64,000 bases of DNA from Terriglobales bacterium. GTDB taxonomy: Bacteria > Acidobacteriota > Terriglobia > Terriglobales > Acidobacteriaceae. The notes under the pieces were generated by a model. It was given only the letters and a program-made list of their open reading frames with translations, was not told where the DNA came from and ran no database searches. The DNA is taken from NCBI GenBank assembly GCA_035272945.1, contig DATEPX010000399.1:797-64796 (forward strand). The letters are read 5' to 3'. Made by a program: the position numbers and the translations under genes. Of this stretch, positions 9,574-17,865 are shown piece after piece. The stretch's first letter is position 1. Each line of letters begins with the position of its first letter.

Positions 9574-10422
9574 TCATGAGACCCTCGCGGGACTGGCTTC
9601 TGTTGCAACGACGATCCCCGGCAGGTCGCACACTCCCTCCGCGCAACGCTGCACGTAATCGGCGACCACCTCGGACGCACCCTTTACGCCTTTAAAGCCG
9701 GGAAAATAATTGACGTCGATCACCTTGGGGCCACTCTCCGTTTCGATGAGATCCACTCCGTAGAGGCCGAGCCCGAAAGCGGCGCCACAGCTGAGGCCGA
9801 TTCTGCGGAGTTCTGTGGTCACCGGAACGGGGCGCCCTGGGCGGGCAAAGCTGTCACCAGAAAATGGCTTCGCCACAGCGAAAACTTCTTCGCCGGCAAT
9901 GTACAGGCGCAGGTCTTCGCCGCTTCCGGGCAAATACTCTTGAACCAGCACAGGCGACTGGGGAAAAGGCAGAGTGGCGAGCTCCGCCTGATTGCGAACC
10001 ACATGAACGCCCTCCCCCCGCCAGCCCATATAAGGCTTGACAATAATCGGGGCTTCATTGAGCAGATTGCCCAACAGGGTAAAGTCGCTGGTCACCCAGC
10101 AACGCGGAGCCGGGATAGCCGCTGCCGCGAGAACCTGCGACGCAATGATTTTGTTGCGTGCTGCGTAACACCCCGGGTACGGATTTAAAAGACGTGCTCC
10201 CTGGCGGTGTAGAACTCCGGCCAAGCTGAGCGAAAGCTCGGTATAGGACTTCAATAAGTAAAGATCGACCTTAGGAAACGGCCGATCGGGACGCAACAAA
10301 GTCTCTTCCGCGATGCCGCATGCCACTTTCACTCCGCGCTGCCGCAGGATTTCGCAGACCTCTAGGACAAGTTGGCTGGGAACATCCGGTCTCCGGCGCG
10401 CCAGCATGAAATAAAGTTTCAA
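9574..10422 (-). CDS. ATP-grasp enzyme, paralog C (RimK / ITPK1-like fold)
   Basis: Motifs: DLYLLKS, IIVKPYMGWRGEGVHVV, LYGVDLIE...VIDVNYFPGFKGV. The start is TTG at 10422, preceded by GAGGAGGAG. Its N-terminus MKLYFMLARR aligns with paralog B (MKIGMVMLRH). Confidence 0.85.
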   Translation of the reverse strand: MKLYFMLARRRPDVPSQLVLEVCEILRQRGVKVACGIAEETLLRPDRPFPKVDLYLLKSYTELSLSLAGVLHRQGARLLNPYPGCYAARNKIIASQVLAAAAIPAPRCWVTSDFTLLGNLLNEAPIIVKPYMGWRGEGVHVVRNQAELATLPFPQSPVLVQEYLPGSGEDLRLYIAGEEVFAVAKPFSGDSFARPGRPVPVTTELRRIGLSCGAAFGLGLYGVDLIETESGPKVIDVNYFPGFKGVKGASEVVADYVQRCAEGVCDLPGIVVATEASPARVS

Positions 10423-10464
10423 TCGCTGCTCCTCCTCAGAATTCTCGGAAATATGCTCGGGCTG

Positions 10465-11661
10465 CTAACCCCAGGCCCACATCCGGCGCTCGAGGCTCAC
10501 CAGTTGATTGCCTGGTTGCCAGCCTGGTGCCAGTTGTCCCCAGCTTTTGAGAACAGAAGACGCAAGTTCACTTTTCTGATCTAGTCCGCAGACTTTCTCC
10601 AAAACGGCCCCTGCCCCGGAATTTCTGATCAGGGTATTCAGCTCCGTGCACGAGGGATCTTCCGGGTCGCAGAAGCAGAGGGCGGCGGCAGTCGCCAACA
10701 CCAGGCTTTCCGGAACGACACCGGCTCTTTCCGCAAGCCTTGCGGCGCCGACCAGGCGTTCCTTCGGACCAAGCTTCCGGCGTGGATCGCGCCCCACTCG
10801 CTGGATCGGATCACTCAGCAACGCGTTTTCGAAGCGGGCCATGATTTCTTCCAGTTCTTTGTCGCCGTTGCAGGTCTCCCATCCAAACTTGGCTTCCAAC
10901 CCGCGCTGCCCTTCCCTCATAGCTGCCAGGACTGCGGCGCGGATTTCGGGATCGCGGACCGCACTGTGGATATAGTGGTATCCCTTCAAGGATCCCAAGT
11001 ACGCCGCAGTCGCGTGCCCGGCGCTGAAGACATAAAGCTTGCGTAACGCCCAGGCGGTGAAGTGTTTCGTAGTCACCATGCCCTTGATTTTCGGAAATGG
11101 CTTCTTCAGGGAGGTGGCGTCAACGACAAAACTGCTCGGTGTATCGCCGATGAATTCGAGAGGCTCATCGCTTGCGATAGAACCCCGTTTCTGCGTAACT
11201 GCACGCTTTACCAGAGCTCCCGAGAAACCGTGATCTTCTGCCATGTTGGCGCCGTGGACTGCATTCCGTACCAGCCGGCGCAGCCACGACCCAGCATTGA
11301 TGAGATTTTCGAAGGCGAGGACGTTGGCCGGAGACCGCCGCCGTTCAAGCCCCGCAGCCAGAATTGGGGCAACCAAAGCTAAGTTCTGTGGACCCACGGC
11401 GGTTGCAATCACGTTGGCTTCGGCAATAGCGCCACTTACAGCCGATGTGTCTTGAGTCCATAGAGCTCGCACTGGCCCGATTACCTGCTCGCGCTGCTCG
11501 GTTGTGCTAGTCAACTTCACGCGATAGCGCCCGACGCGGTTTAGGTGTCGGACCACCTCGGGTTTGCGGGCCACAAACGTCAGGTCGTAGCCGGACGAGT
11601 GCAGCAGTTCGCCCGCGAATCCGCAGCCGATGCGTCCCGGTCCAATCACGACGGCTTTCAT
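10465..11661 (-). CDS. Mannitol-1-phosphate 5-dehydrogenase-like (MtlD family) polyol-phosphate dehydrogenase
   Basis: MKAVVIGPGRIGCGFAGELL compares with E. coli MtlD [20 protein letters not shown]. Further matches are ATAVGP, AFENL, RKLYVFSAGHATAAYLG (MtlD: RKLFTLNTGHAITAYLG) and RFEN...DPIQRVGRDPRRKL. I chose ATG 11661 because it has a GGAGG SD and overlaps the stop of the upstream gene as ATGA. The 467-aa track ORF is an over-extension. Confidence 0.85.
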   Translation of the reverse strand: MKAVVIGPGRIGCGFAGELLHSSGYDLTFVARKPEVVRHLNRVGRYRVKLTSTTEQREQVIGPVRALWTQDTSAVSGAIAEANVIATAVGPQNLALVAPILAAGLERRRSPANVLAFENLINAGSWLRRLVRNAVHGANMAEDHGFSGALVKRAVTQKRGSIASDEPLEFIGDTPSSFVVDATSLKKPFPKIKGMVTTKHFTAWALRKLYVFSAGHATAAYLGSLKGYHYIHSAVRDPEIRAAVLAAMREGQRGLEAKFGWETCNGDKELEEIMARFENALLSDPIQRVGRDPRRKLGPKERLVGAARLAERAGVVPESLVLATAAALCFCDPEDPSCTELNTLIRNSGAGAVLEKVCGLDQKSELASSVLKSWGQLAPGWQPGNQLVSLERRMWAWG

Positions 11662-12503
11662 GCTGCGACCTCCTTCGGCATCGGAAGCACGGCCGAGTGC
11701 CCCTCCAAGACCCGTTGCAACGCGGCGTAGATGTAGTCCGCGATGCGCAGCGCCGCATCGGGCACACCTTTGAATCCAGGGAAACTCGCGATATCGACGA
11801 CGTAGGGCTTGCCCTCGCTTATGATCACGTCCAGCCCGTACAACTCGATCCCTAGGGCTTGACCGCAACGCAACGCCACTGTCTTCAATTCTGGTGTAAT
11901 CGTGAAAGGCTCTCCTAGCTTTTCAGCATAGGTCTTGGCGGGCCAAGCTCGAAGCACGCCGAACAGTTGTCCACCCACGCAATAGATCTTGCGATCAACG
12001 CCCTCAGGTTTGTGATAACGCTGGGCAAACACCGGACCACAGTCGGCAGTGATGTCATCGAGTTCATCGGCATCCCACACCACATGTACGCCGCGGCCCT
12101 GTGAACCACGGTAGGGTTTGACGACAAGCGGCCCGGCGTCGAGCAGGGTGGCGAACAGTTTGGGATTCGAGGTGACATACGTGTTGGGACAGGGAACGCC
12201 CGCAGCCAGAAGTATGCGCGTCGCCGCCACCTTGTCTCGCAGAGCGGCCGCGACCGGGTATGGGTTGAGAATGTTGGCCCCCGTCGCATGCAAGGCCGCA
12301 GACAGGCTCAGAGCCAGCTCGCTACCCGACTTCAGCACGTACAGATCGTGCTCCGGTTTTACATTGGCAAGATCCGTGACTCTTTCTTCCGGATAGATCA
12401 CCTCCACAGTAACTCCCCAGTCGACCAGCAGACGCACGACCTCCGGCATGATCGGGCTCTTGCGCGTTGGAGGATGACGAAGCATTACCATGCCAATTTT
12501 CAT
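11658..12503 (-). CDS. ATP-grasp enzyme, paralog B (RimK / ITPK1-like fold)
   Basis: Motifs: DLYVLKS, LVVKPYRGSQGRGVHVV, LYGLDVIISEGKPYVVDIASFPGFKGV. ATGA overlaps join it to both neighbouring genes. Confidence 0.85.
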   Translation of the reverse strand: MKIGMVMLRHPPTRKSPIMPEVVRLLVDWGVTVEVIYPEERVTDLANVKPEHDLYVLKSGSELALSLSAALHATGANILNPYPVAAALRDKVAATRILLAAGVPCPNTYVTSNPKLFATLLDAGPLVVKPYRGSQGRGVHVVWDADELDDITADCGPVFAQRYHKPEGVDRKIYCVGGQLFGVLRAWPAKTYAEKLGEPFTITPELKTVALRCGQALGIELYGLDVIISEGKPYVVDIASFPGFKGVPDAALRIADYIYAALQRVLEGHSAVLPMPKEVAA

Positions 12504-13348
12504 GCCAAGCCTCTCTGTCCGATTTTGCGCGATACGTAGTCCGCCAACTTTTCACTGGCCTCCGGTACCGCCGAATAGTTGGGGAAATCGTTGACTTCAA
12601 TTACCACCAGACCGGTTGGTGTCTCAATGCAATCCACTCCATACAGTTCAAGCCCAAAGAGCTCGCCGCAGTGGCGCGCGAGACTGCGAAGCTGAGCAGT
12701 AGTCTGGACTCTCTCGGCCACGCCGTTCGCCGCTCCCTTGCTGATCGGTGCGGAAGGTTTCCGCACCACCCATACCTCTTCTCCAATGCAGTACAGCTTG
12801 ACGTCGTAGCCGTCGTTCGGTTCGAACTTTTGGGCCAGCACCACGCTATCGGGCCACGGCATGCTCTCCAGTTCCGCTGCATCCTGCACTACGCGCAGCC
12901 CGTTCCCGTTGTCGCCAAAGACTGGCTTAAGAATGAGTGGGAAATTCGGCCTCGGCAGCCTGCGCGCGAGCTCGCGCGGAGATCCAAATCGCGTGACTGG
13001 CGTCGGAATCCCGGCCATCTTCAAGGCAACCGCCATGTCGGCCTTGTTATGGACCCTTGCAATTGCCGCTCGGGTATTGAGGGTGGGAACACCCCGGGCT
13101 TCGGCCCACGACAGCAAGGAGAGAACTGACCAGCTGCGACCCCGCGCCACCACTACGTCAAAGCCTTGCAGCCAGGAGTCGTTGCCCGGTTCGTGGCAGC
13201 CTGCCTCCGGATCCACAACGACTGTGGTGCAACCGATACTGCTCAGCGCTGCGATCATCCCGCGCGGCTGAGCCTGCGCAAGATAACGCCTTTCTGCAAT
13301 TACACCGATGCACTTTGCGCGACGAGGACGAGAACCCTGATCAGCCAC
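12500..13348 (-). CDS. ATP-grasp enzyme, paralog A (more divergent)
   Basis: Motifs: LILKPVFGDNGNGLRVV, VKLYCIGEEVWVV, LYGVDCIETPTGLVVIEVNDFPNY. The start is GTG at 13348 and is uncertain. Confidence 0.8.
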   Translation of the reverse strand: MADQGSRPRRAKCIGVIAERRYLAQAQPRGMIAALSSIGCTTVVVDPEAGCHEPGNDSWLQGFDVVVARGRSWSVLSLLSWAEARGVPTLNTRAAIARVHNKADMAVALKMAGIPTPVTRFGSPRELARRLPRPNFPLILKPVFGDNGNGLRVVQDAAELESMPWPDSVVLAQKFEPNDGYDVKLYCIGEEVWVVRKPSAPISKGAANGVAERVQTTAQLRSLARHCGELFGLELYGVDCIETPTGLVVIEVNDFPNYSAVPEASEKLADYVSRKIGQRGLA

Positions 13349-14428
13349 GACACTTGACCCCGTTGAGAGTTCGCTTTCGGCGGCCTGGAGACGTTTCCGA
13401 ATTCTGATGCTTTGTCTGCGATCACTTCACAGATCTTCTCCACCTCGCCCCGACTCGTTTAGACGGCCATTCTGCCTTGCATACTTTGGTGGCGTGTACT
13501 CACAGCTCCGCTCCCTCAGGCACAGCTCTCGACTGTGGTGCAGAGTCATCTCCTCGTTGTGACCCAGGAATTTTGAAGACTCACCCAAAAATGGATCCTG
13601 GAGCTTACCCGGCGAAGGGGGGATGGACATTGGAGTCCCGGTGCGGGCGCAGCCAGATCCAGTTGGCAAACCTACTTCACACTAGAACTTCAGCATACAA
13701 CCACGCTGAATGCAATTCTCCCAGGCGGTTAAGGCAAATGACTAATTCAATCGAATTAGTACGACCGGACGAGGACTTTCACCGATTTTTCGTTTTGCTG
13801 TAACAAATCGTTAACAAAAGAGGTGTGCAATGAATACATGACTAGACGAATAAATGGGGCTCAAAAACTCCGCCACCACCAGGGCTGCAAGTGCGGGTGT
13901 GGAAAAAGCCTCCTGGCTTGCGCTTGCTCGCAATGCTGCGTGACGCAGACCAGTGCCGGTATCTTCCTTCTATGCGATCGGGCCCGTGTGCTCAAGTATT
14001 TCGAGAACGCGCTTAGAGCAGACCAACTTCTACGAGTGCCAGACCTCCTTGAGGATTGCACGACACCGGTGCTCCGGGTTGCCATCAAGCGTCGCGATGC
14101 TGCTGCCCGCAAACAAGGAACTGCCGGCCGACAACACGTCTTCGACCAGAGCAGCGCTGCCTGCTCTCGCGAACCATCGCCAGCGTGGGTGAGGCAATCG
14201 CGAAAGAGGGAAAGAAAGTCCTACATTTCACGAGCGCAGAAACCCGCAGCGCACAATCTGCAACAAAGCTCACGCCACCACAGCTGATTTTTTCAATGCG
14301 AGCGGGCACAGTCATGATGGGTGCACTAAGAAGAAGCGTAGGGGCTGAGTGCTGGTGCGGTTGCTTTCAGCAGAGGAACCGGGCATCAGGGCGCCGTGCC
14401 TTGGTGCGAGTCGTACACGTATCATGCC

Positions 14429-15292
14429 CTATTCCCGGATGAACTTTCCGTTGTCCCGAGGGGCTGCTTCGACTCCAAGATACGGTGAGGACAACACCAT
14501 GCGCAGGACCTTGCCGACAATTGCGGAGCGGCTTGCTACAGCCATCTTAATCATGACCAGCCGCAGAAAGGCCTTAACGGTGTTCGGGCTGACCCTCATG
14601 CGGTCCGCCATCTCTCTGCTGCTGAGTCCTTGCAGCAGCAGTGCGAGGGTTTCCTGCTCTCGTTGTGTCAGGCCGAACTTCTGCGAGACTTGGGACAATG
14701 CCAGCGATGCAGACATCCCTCGCTCCAACACGATCAGCATCATCGCTTCCTTCGAGGCTCGTCCTTCGTTCAGAAGAAATGCGCGGCAAAAATATTTTCG
14801 CCTCCCCGACTTGCACTGAATGACGGGAGGAGCCCAATTCGCATTTGACAGCGAGCCCTCAGCACGCAGAAGACTGCGCCGGACTTTCTTGTCAAATTCG
14901 GCCGCGAGGCTTTGTGGCGACCCCGGGTAGGTTAGAATCGTGATCGCTTCGTGGTTGGCCGAAACAGGCCTTAACGAAGCATCAGCCAGCACAAAGCCCA
15001 GTGTGTGTGCCCTGGTGACGAGCTGAGGAAGATTACTACCGCTTTCTTCGGGAACTAACCCGCGCTCACCAGATATTGGACCAATCACTGCCACCCGGTC
15101 GCGATGGCGCTCCGCGACTTGGGGGATTGGGTCCTTTTGCGCTGGGCGCGGCAGCGGGTCTCGTAATGTTGTCATATTCTCGGCGGGCCCGCTTGTCCCT
15201 CCGCCACAGGCGGGAAAGTAACGTTGCCGGGGGCACAGGGGTTCGAAGCGGCTAGCTCTCTCACCCCTTTTTAGCGGCGAGTACTGTCCCAC
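14429..15292 (-). CDS. LuxR-family transcriptional regulator (acidobacterial type with an N-terminal sensory domain)
   Basis: The C-terminal HTH reads LTQREQETLALLLQGLSSREMADRMRVSPNTVKAFLRLVMIKMAVASRSAIVGKVL. The true start may be ATG 15175 (MTTLRDPLP...). Confidence 0.8.
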   Translation of the reverse strand: MGQYSPLKRGERASRFEPLCPRQRYFPACGGGTSGPAENMTTLRDPLPRPAQKDPIPQVAERHRDRVAVIGPISGERGLVPEESGSNLPQLVTRAHTLGFVLADASLRPVSANHEAITILTYPGSPQSLAAEFDKKVRRSLLRAEGSLSNANWAPPVIQCKSGRRKYFCRAFLLNEGRASKEAMMLIVLERGMSASLALSQVSQKFGLTQREQETLALLLQGLSSREMADRMRVSPNTVKAFLRLVMIKMAVASRSAIVGKVLRMVLSSPYLGVEAAPRDNGKFIRE

Positions 15293-15483
15293 TATGCAGA
15301 GGGGCCTCTAAAAATCAGTTTAAATGGGGGGTGTCGTCCAGTTGCCTATGTAAAACGCCCGAGGACGCCTGCTTTTCCACTCCGAATGTGAATCTCGGAA
15401 GATAGAATAAGGACTCTCTCCGTATCTGGCCAAGTCGTGGGCACTATAGGATTCGGGCAAATTCCAAGTCAATATCAGCGTAG

Positions 15484-15500
15484 AAAAATTAACAATTTTT
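15484..15500. promoter_or_regulatory. 17-bp inverted repeat AAAAATT-AAC-AATTTTT in the divergent LuxR/porin intergenic region
   Basis: The two 7-bp arms are perfect and separated by 3 nt. The repeat lies in an AT-rich stretch between two divergently oriented genes. Confidence 0.25.
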
Positions 15501-15965
15501 ACAAGACGTCTTAGGACAGGTTTTGTGCCCTACCTGATTCATCTCTGGGACTCTGGAAGAACAGGAATAGATCGCACGGGGAACCTGTTGACAACCTGCC
15601 CGAAAGGTCGCAAGCTTTGCACGGATGTTGGCCAGGAGGCCGGAAAGAACTGTCGACGGTTCATGTCTTCGCCCGCTCTGGCTTTGTGCTGTGCGTCGTC
15701 GTTGATCGTGACGCGATGCCGCCGCGCCCCCGCGAGAAACGTGGCACAGTTACATCCATGGCCGCGGAAATGACGGCCTGCTCGGACGATTGTTCCTCCC
15801 CCGCAAGAGGGTCACAAAGGATTCCTCATTCTGCCTGCAATCTGAAGAACCAGTCGTAGGAATCCTCGACCCTAAGGCCACACGCGCTGCCACTTGTGTT
15901 TCGTGCGCCGTCAATGGCGAGTCGTTTGGGCCCATTTGTGACGGCTATGCTTTGAGGAGACCACA

Positions 15966-17309
15966 ATGAGATTCCACATTCTCGGGACCGAAACCTCTCC
16001 CATTTCCCGCACCGACTGGGCGATCGTAAAGCGAATTTTTGCAGTGCTGCTTGGGATTCTGGTGAGCACCACCATTCTCGATGGGCAACAAACCGAAACC
16101 GGCACTGACGCGGATACGCAAACCATAAAGGCGCTTATGCGGAGAATCGAGCAATTGGAGGCCGCAGATAAACAACTGCAGGCCAGGGTCGAACAACTCG
16201 AAAAAGTCCAGCAGGCGCTTGCCCAGCCTTCCATAACACAGTTGCCAACTCATCTCAGCGTTTCCTCTGAAGCGCCCGCCAACGAGCAGAGCGCAGCGCT
16301 GGAGCCGGAGAAAAGCGATGCTGACGAGACTCTGCTCAACATACGTGGTTTTGGCGATTACAGTTTTCATGGTGACACCCAGAAAGGGACGTCGACCTCA
16401 TTTACCTTTGGACAGATTGATCTCTTCATCACGTCGCACCTCTCTGACCGGTTTAGGTTCCTGACCGACCTGGTCTTTGAGAGGGGTAGAGGCAACAGCT
16501 ACGAGGAGGATCTTGAACGCGTGCTCCTCGAATACAGGTATAACGATCATTTAAAACTGGCGGTGGGCCGCTACCATACCGCGATCGGTTATTACAACCT
16601 TGCCTTCCGCCACAGCGGTTGGTTCCAGACTGCTACGGGGCGCCCTTTCCTGTTCCTGTTTGAAGACGAAGGAGGGATTCTGCCTACTCACAATGTGGGA
16701 GTGTCAGCATCTGGGCTAATACCCTCAGGGAACGTGGGGCTACACTACATTGCCGAGATCGGAAACGGACGTGCCTCGAGGCCGGGGTTTCAGTCAGTGC
16801 AAAATTTTGTGGATGAGAACCACCATAAATCCCTCAACCTGGCCCTTTTCGCGCGACCGGATGCAGTTCCGGGATTGCAGGTCGGCTTCTCTGTTTACCG
16901 TGATGTCCTTGCTCCGGCCGAGTTGGCTCGAATCGGCGAGACCATTCTTGCTGGCTACGCCGCCCTCGCCCGCCCCAGATTCGAATGGCTCAACGAGGCC
17001 TTGGTGATTCGTCACGCGCCGCGGGGACTTCCTCACGTCTTCGATACGCCCGGTTTCTATACTCAGATTTCGCGTCGGTTTGGCTCGTACCGTCCCTACC
17101 TTCGTTACCAGTACGTGAACGCCTCTGACGACGAGCCAGTTTTCCTCTCTGTCTACAACACACCGGTCGGCCTGCAGCATGGCCCCTCAGTAGGTCTGCG
17201 TTACGATGCTACCGAGTCGGTGGCGATTAAGCTGCAGTACGATTACACGGCTTTGCGGCACCAGCAAGCGATCAGTGGACTGGCGCTCCAACTGGGATTT
17301 GCCTTCTAG
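15966..17309 (+). CDS. Outer-membrane beta-barrel porin (phosphate-selective porin O/P-like) with an N-terminal coiled coil
   Basis: A GAGGAGA SD precedes the ATG. The coiled coil reads IKALMRRIEQLEAADKQLQARVEQLEKVQQ. It is followed by alternating amphipathic strands (FGQIDLFITSHLSDRFRFLTDLVFE..., LKLAVGRYHTAIGYYN). The C-terminus ...LALQLGFAF ends in Phe. Confidence 0.7.
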   Translation: MRFHILGTETSPISRTDWAIVKRIFAVLLGILVSTTILDGQQTETGTDADTQTIKALMRRIEQLEAADKQLQARVEQLEKVQQALAQPSITQLPTHLSVSSEAPANEQSAALEPEKSDADETLLNIRGFGDYSFHGDTQKGTSTSFTFGQIDLFITSHLSDRFRFLTDLVFERGRGNSYEEDLERVLLEYRYNDHLKLAVGRYHTAIGYYNLAFRHSGWFQTATGRPFLFLFEDEGGILPTHNVGVSASGLIPSGNVGLHYIAEIGNGRASRPGFQSVQNFVDENHHKSLNLALFARPDAVPGLQVGFSVYRDVLAPAELARIGETILAGYAALARPRFEWLNEALVIRHAPRGLPHVFDTPGFYTQISRRFGSYRPYLRYQYVNASDDEPVFLSVYNTPVGLQHGPSVGLRYDATESVAIKLQYDYTALRHQQAISGLALQLGFAF

Positions 17310-17322
17310 AGGGTTACAAGCT

Positions 17323-17850
17323 ATGCCACCGATGCCCGCTCTGCTCGTTTCACTGGCGGTGATTTTGCTGTCGGAGTTGTCGCCGCCTGGAATCGTCCAC
17401 GCTGCCGCAAGACCGCCGCGGACGCGGAATACACCGCGTCAGGCGCTAACAATCATCGTAAACAAATCCAACCCTGTCGAAAATCTCTCGTTTGCAGAGC
17501 TGCGCAAGATCTTCCTGGGAGAACGAAGCCGCTGGCCGAACGGGCATCGAGTCATCGTGGCCATGATGGAGCCTGGATATGCAGAACGCAAAACCATCCT
17601 TCGGGACGTATATCGCATGACCGAAACTGAATATCGAGACTACTTTCTTCAGGGAACATACACCGGCGACATTCCTGCGTCGCCCAAGACACTGTCGTCA
17701 CCGGCCATTTTGCGCAAGTTTGTCTTCAACGCGCCAGGCGCAATCGGCTACCTGCTCGCTTCCGATGTCGACGCATCGGTCAGGGTGGTTCGTATTGATG
17801 GACGTCTTCCCAGTGATGTGGAATACAAGCTTCAGATTGATTCAGATTGA
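17323..17850 (+). CDS. Short PstS/PBP_like_2-type substrate-binding domain protein (about half the size of a full periplasmic binding protein)
   Basis: The signal peptide is MPPMPALLVSLAVILLSELSPPGIVHAA. LTIIVNKSNPVENLSFAELRKIFLGERSRWPNG resembles the PstS-family motif (vvvn..Np...Lt..qL..If.G....W). ATG 17323 was chosen because the track ORF overlaps the porin gene. Confidence 0.7.
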   Translation: MPPMPALLVSLAVILLSELSPPGIVHAAARPPRTRNTPRQALTIIVNKSNPVENLSFAELRKIFLGERSRWPNGHRVIVAMMEPGYAERKTILRDVYRMTETEYRDYFLQGTYTGDIPASPKTLSSPAILRKFVFNAPGAIGYLLASDVDASVRVVRIDGRLPSDVEYKLQIDSD

Positions 17851-17865
17851 TGAGGGCTTTACCAG

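Noticed and set aside
10465-11868. The 467-aa version of the MtlD-like ORF, with an Arg-rich N-terminal extension that overlaps ATP-grasp B.
   Set aside because: The extension is low-complexity and overlaps the well-supported upstream gene by ~200 nt. ATG 11661 has a GGAGG SD, gives the canonical MKAVVIGPGRIG N-terminus and forms an ATGA overlap.
13823-14287. A 154-aa plus-strand ORF and overlapping ORFs in the LuxR/ATP-grasp intergenic region.
   Set aside because: They are Cys/Arg/Ser/Gln-rich and mutually overlapping on both strands, with no SD and no recognisable motif. The region is reported as unassigned rather than as genes.
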